Origin: a virus | Taxonomy: Duplodnaviria > Heunggongvirae > Uroviricota > Caudoviricetes | IMG/VR virus record: IMGVR_UViG_3300029935_000001 | Coordinates: 64,001-128,000 of that record | DNA length: 64,000 nucleotides | Reading direction: 5' to 3' (one strand) | In this document: positions 61,301-64,000 of the stretch, in pieces | Position numbering within the stretch: the first letter of the stretch is position 1 | How the letters are laid out: each line of letters opens with the position of its first letter | Position numbers and translations under genes: made by a program | Notes under the pieces: generated by a model | Told to the model about the DNA's origin: nothing | The model's database searches: none | Seen by the model: the letters and a program-made list of their open reading frames with translations, nothing else

Positions 61301-62494
61301 GTAACAGACTTGTCTGCTTACACCAACGTATCGGCGAACATCAGTGACTCGGCTATGGTCGGCAGCGTCACCGGCAATGCCGCTACTGCTACGGCTCTTC
61401 AAACAGCTCGTACCATTAACGGAACCAGTTTTAATGGCTCGGCTAATATTACTACTGCTAATTGGGGCACTGCTCGCACACTTACGATTGGAGCAACTGG
61501 TAAATCTGTTGATGGCTCTGGCAACGTTAGCTGGTCTGTTGACGAAGTATTGCCAACTCGTCTCCGTGGTGTTGCGCAAACAGTAACGGACTGGAATACT
61601 GCTATCGAAAATGGTTGGTACATGGCATCGGGCGCCACAAATGCGCCAGCTGCTGGGTGGTGGTTAGGCTCGGTTGAAGCTCACAATGCATCTTGGGTAA
61701 CGCAAACTGTTCACGCATTTACAGGGGACTCTGCAGCCGACGGTCAAATATGGCGCAGGCAATTAAACAGCGGAACCTGGGGCAGTTGGTACAGGCTACG
61801 TTGGTCCGAAGCAGAACAGGATGCTCGTTACGCGCAAGTAAATGGCACTGGCGCTACCGGTACGTGGGGTATTAATATCACCGGCTCGTCGGCGTCTACT
61901 ACAGGTAATGCTGCTACTGCTACGGCTCTTCAAACAGCCCGTACAATCAACGGTGTCAGCTTTAATGGCACAGCTAATATCACTGTAGCAGATTCGACCA
62001 AGCTGCCGCTGAGCGGCGGCACCATGACTGGCACTATAATAAATTCGGCTACCTCGCTAATTCTCGGCAATGCCGACGGTGTTACCCGCGGGCTTTTGTA
62101 CAACGATGCCGCTGGGTTTGGATTCTTAAACAGTAGCTCAACTTGGGCACTTCGCGTTAACCAAGGCACTTCTAATGTGTCGGCATTTGGTGACTTTACT
62201 GCGTCGGGTAACGTAACAGCGTATTCAGACGAGCGACTTAAGAAAGACATCGAGCTAATTCCCAATGCTTTAGCAAAAGTATGTGAGTTGCGCGGCGTCA
62301 CCTATACCCGAATTGACACAGGCGAACGCCAAACTGGTGTTGTTGCCCAAGACGTTCAAAAGGTATTGCCCGAAGCAGTTAAAGACGGCGAACATCTAAG
62401 TGTTGCGTATGGAAACATGGTAGGCTTGTTAATCGAAGCAATTAAAGAGCAGCAAAAACAAATTGACGAACTGCGGGCCCAGATAAATAAGTAA
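58367..62494 (+). CDS. Long tail fibre with a pyocin-knob-like domain and a C-terminal peptidase S74 intramolecular chaperone
   Basis: Shared N-terminal module and ATALQTARTING repeats. DWNTAIENGWY...W.TQ...WRR....TWGSW is knob-like. YSDERLKKDI...GVVAQDVQKVLPEAV...VAYG..V.LLIEAIKEQQ is the S74 chaperone. Confidence 0.9.
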   Translation: MANRIVHKRSSVTGKVPTVGDLEYGELAVNTADLKVYLKDSANTVRSLTDWENIHNKPAGLASAATANTANTLVLRDGSGNFSAGSITASLLGNATTATALETARTIAGKTFNGTQDVTLSTLTRGTYLTGSNYNGSANQTWAVDATSANTASKVVARDASGNFSAGMITADLTGAVTGNASSASKWTTPRNITLTGDSTGTVNIDGTADVSFATTLATTGVTAGTYTKVTVDAKGRVTVGSTLAASDIPNLDAAKIASGTLANARTTGTSASTANTLVLRDTSGNFSANTITANLSGNVTGSVTGNVSGNAGTATALQTARTIAGQTFDGTQDVILSTLTRGTYLTGSNYNGANATTWAVDATSANTASKVVARDASGNFSAGTITANLTGAVTGSASNNVLKAGDTMTGFLTLHANPTAALHAVTKQYVDNLEQGLKAKPAAKAATTTNLVGTYNNGTAGTGATLNLGTAATLTIGGVSAWALNDGVLVKDQTNAAHNGRYYVSQVGSASVAWILTRCGLCDNANEIPGAYTFITDGTYKGTGWVQTVANSATFVVGTDAITVAQFTGAGDYTAGNGITVNGTEISITPTGVSAGTYPKVTVDTTGRVTAGASLVAADIPNLDAAKITTGTLANARTSGVSTNTANTLVLRDGSGNFSAGTITANLTGAVTGNASTATTLATTRTIWGQNFNGGANVTGNLTSVGNITGSGAITIAAGGTDQSITITPSGTGTVNAPTFNATSTTGGGFQGIAADTAAAPSFTWTGDLDTGIFQPGADIIGFTAGGAERGRINTTGFSGNGSQLSSLNASNLASGTVADARLSGTYSGITLKVDGSNTVYTTPSPGSSDISARTVYGLAEYRSVSSAQVGAIVFIAPNTTSTVMHQLEVAGLLYNQNIVSMQVQGYRTTGAWSDLRKVSTGTVDVQTRWGVTPDGKNCLILGDVGTSWSYPHLSIVRAMFSHNVNDAYCTGWTTAVVTDLSAYTNVSANISDSAMVGSVTGNAATATALQTARTINGTSFNGSANITTANWGTARTLTIGATGKSVDGSGNVSWSVDEVLPTRLRGVAQTVTDWNTAIENGWYMASGATNAPAAGWWLGSVEAHNASWVTQTVHAFTGDSAADGQIWRRQLNSGTWGSWYRLRWSEAEQDARYAQVNGTGATGTWGINITGSSASTTGNAATATALQTARTINGVSFNGTANITVADSTKLPLSGGTMTGTIINSATSLILGNADGVTRGLLYNDAAGFGFLNSSSTWALRVNQGTSNVSAFGDFTASGNVTAYSDERLKKDIELIPNALAKVCELRGVTYTRIDTGERQTGVVAQDVQKVLPEAVKDGEHLSVAYGNMVGLLIEAIKEQQKQIDELRAQINK
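58723..59519 (+). repeat. Nucleotide-identical internal duplication in the long fibre gene (offset 651 bp)
   Basis: 58723-58774 equals 59374-59425 (52 nt), and 58790-58868 equals 59441-59519 (79 nt). Confidence 0.9.
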
Positions 62495-62497
62495 GGA

Positions 62498-62526
62498 GTT
62501 ACATAGAGGCCGGGCCTCTATGTAAC
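62498..62526 (+). promoter_or_regulatory. Perfect 13-bp hairpin between the fibre and chaperone genes
   Basis: GTTACATAGAGGC-CGG-GCCTCTATGTAAC, with TAAATA at 62484-62489 just upstream. Confidence 0.55.
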
Positions 62527-62543
62527 ATTAACTAGGAATAAAC

Positions 62544-63023
62544 ATGCCAAAAACACACAACTTTACTTTTGTACTTGAAAATTATTACCCCGAAGATTCG
62601 CGGGCATATGTTATATACACAGCCAGCGATGAAAACATACCGCCTCGCGGGCAATGGGTATATATTTCGCCCACTTGGGATAGCAATGCAATCGAGCAAG
62701 CAATTATTTCGGCGTATCCTGCAAACCAAATGCGGCCTGTTCCGCCGGCAAACGCCAATATTTCGGAACTAGTTGGTGAGCCCCGCACTGGTGAGTATTC
62801 AGAACCGATCCACGTGCCTGCGGAGCCGATCGTCGACGAAAGCTCAGTGCGCATCACGCGCGACTCGTTGCTAAGTCTCTCAGACTGGACACAACTAGCG
62901 GATGCTCCACTGTCGGCAGCATTGCGCGCCGAATGGGCAGTATATCGTCAATCTCTTAGGGATGTCCCGGCTCAAAGCGGATTTCCACTAGACGTAATCT
63001 GGCCAGCTGCACCAGGGGAGTAA
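62544..63023 (+). CDS. Tail fibre assembly chaperone (Tfa-like C-terminal domain)
   Basis: VR..RDSLL..SDWTQL.DAPL......W..YRQ.LRDVP.Q.GFP.DV.WP..P. Confidence 0.88.
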   Translation: MPKTHNFTFVLENYYPEDSRAYVIYTASDENIPPRGQWVYISPTWDSNAIEQAIISAYPANQMRPVPPANANISELVGEPRTGEYSEPIHVPAEPIVDESSVRITRDSLLSLSDWTQLADAPLSAALRAEWAVYRQSLRDVPAQSGFPLDVIWPAAPGE

Positions 63024-63024
63024 T

Positions 63025-63801
63025 ATGACTTTACCACTTAGTGGAACTATCTCAATGAGTCAGGTAAACACAGAGCTCCAGCTCCCTGCGACCTCAAATA
63101 TATCTCTCAACCAAACGGCCGTGCGAGACCTTGCTGGAAAGCCGTCTGGTATTATTTCTATGAGTGATTTATACGGTAAGTCATTCCGATTGCCAGAGTT
63201 GACTTTAGTCAGCGGAACAGCGGAAACAGGTTCTAGTAGCATTTCCCGCACGCTTAACTTAGGACCGGAGCACCCAACAAGATCGATTATAGTTTGGGTC
63301 ACATCGCATGACGGTGCTCCTGCGCAATTTGTGCTTCTCCCTCGGTTGAACAATCAAGTCCCTACACGAACGATATACTCAAGAGCAGCGGACAACCGGC
63401 TTGCTTCGATGTTAGACATGTGGGATTTACCAACCGGTACTACTGGTACTGTAACGTTTACTACGGATCCAAGTGACGATCGCTTTACAATTCACGTGTA
63501 TAGCCTTCGGTTTGCTAATTCCAATGTTCCAACCTGGTCTAACTTCCTCACTGGCACCCATACTATGACAAACATTTCTATAGGCGCCGCCGGGTCGGTT
63601 GCGCTGGCAGTTAGTTATAGATGGCTTAGTACAACCCCGTCGTGGACTGGCGCTCATCATCGGCGCACAGACTCTCCGCAAGGAACAGTATCTTCTGCCA
63701 CTCAAACTTATTCAGCACCGACTCCTGTTACTACTATTAGTAGTGGTATGACGCTTGGCGGTTATAGTGCCGATGGCATCGCAGTAGCAGTTTGGCGTTA
63801 A
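63025..63801 (+). CDS. Putative fibre-tip adhesin / receptor-binding protein
   Basis: N-terminal LP.SG.ISMSQVN.EL......ISLN...VR.LAG..SG.ISMSDLYGKS is typical of proteins following S74-bearing fibres; the C-terminus is beta-rich. Confidence 0.6.
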   Translation: MTLPLSGTISMSQVNTELQLPATSNISLNQTAVRDLAGKPSGIISMSDLYGKSFRLPELTLVSGTAETGSSSISRTLNLGPEHPTRSIIVWVTSHDGAPAQFVLLPRLNNQVPTRTIYSRAADNRLASMLDMWDLPTGTTGTVTFTTDPSDDRFTIHVYSLRFANSNVPTWSNFLTGTHTMTNISIGAAGSVALAVSYRWLSTTPSWTGAHHRRTDSPQGTVSSATQTYSAPTPVTTISSGMTLGGYSADGIAVAVWR

Positions 63802-63811
63802 CCAAAAGTAG

Positions 63812-63843
63812 TATAAATAAAAGGGTCGAAAGACCCTTTTATT
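63812..63843 (+). terminator. Terminator hairpin overlapping a perfect TATAAATA late promoter
   Basis: TATAAATA at 63812-63819, with ATAAAAGGGTC-GAAA-GACCCTTTTAT. Confidence 0.75.
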
Positions 63844-63853
63844 ATGGCCAAAA

Positions 63854-64000
63854 ATGTTAGAACGCTACAGAAAAGATTATCAAGGCGAATTTGTAATAGT
63901 CAATACTACGTGGAAAGACGGTAAAAAAATTCAGGAGCGCGAGTGGGTTCCAAATCCACTCGAAAACAAGCATATATCGAAGCGTGCAGTGGTAATAGGC
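63854..64000 (+). CDS. Partial CDS running off the right edge (hypothetical)
   Basis: Open frame MLERYRKDYQGEFVIVNTTWKDGKKIQEREWVPNPLENKHISKRAVVIG after a late promoter. Confidence 0.65.
   Translation, partial: MLERYRKDYQGEFVIVNTTWKDGKKIQEREWVPNPLENKHISKRAVVIG

Noticed and set aside
42370-62494. Diversity-generating retroelement acting on the fibre genes
   Set aside because: There is no reverse transcriptase in the window, the repeat pairs both lie inside coding sequence, and the differences are not adenine-specific.
49765-63705. Minus-strand ORFs of up to ~280 aa over the fibre genes
   Set aside because: They are antisense shadows produced by the biased codon usage of Thr/Ala/Val/Gly-rich genes.
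1-64000. Stop-codon reassignment and tRNA genes
   Set aside because: Conserved genes are full length under code 11, and TAA, TAG and TGA all end genes. No cloverleaf or T-loop/CCA pattern was seen by eye.

Overview
This 64-kb window is the morphogenesis and late-transcription core of a T4-like myovirus, probably a jumbo phage, using standard genetic code 11. Family assignments come from recognised motifs and gene order only; no database search was run. From left to right it contains: (1) a minus-strand baseplate operon, including a >3,900-codon protein that runs off the left edge and is missing from the ORF track, then gp6-, gp25-, gp5-, hub-, gp53- and gp48/54-like genes; (2) a plus-strand block with an intein-containing gp55-like late sigma factor, a free-standing endonuclease, gp47 and gp46, a 27-codon resolvase-like stub and a GIY-YIG/NUMOD3 nuclease; (3) about 1 kb without a credible ORF, packed with hairpins and bracketed by a late promoter and a terminator, which is a candidate large ncRNA; (4) a gp26/gp51-like pair joined by a canonical -1 slippery site; (5) a tape-measure-like protein with a GH19 domain; (6) the head genes (portal, acidic core protein, protease, scaffold, major capsid); (7) an intact endonuclease and a decayed paralogue, each with a near-identical terminator; (8) a ~21-kb fibre/adhesin region in which six proteins share one N-terminal module and three end in a shared D-x-G-x-aromatic motif. 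A TAAATA late-promoter motif precedes most structural genes. The strongest leads are the candidate ncRNA, the intein in the late sigma factor, the gp26/gp51 frameshift and the modular fibre set.
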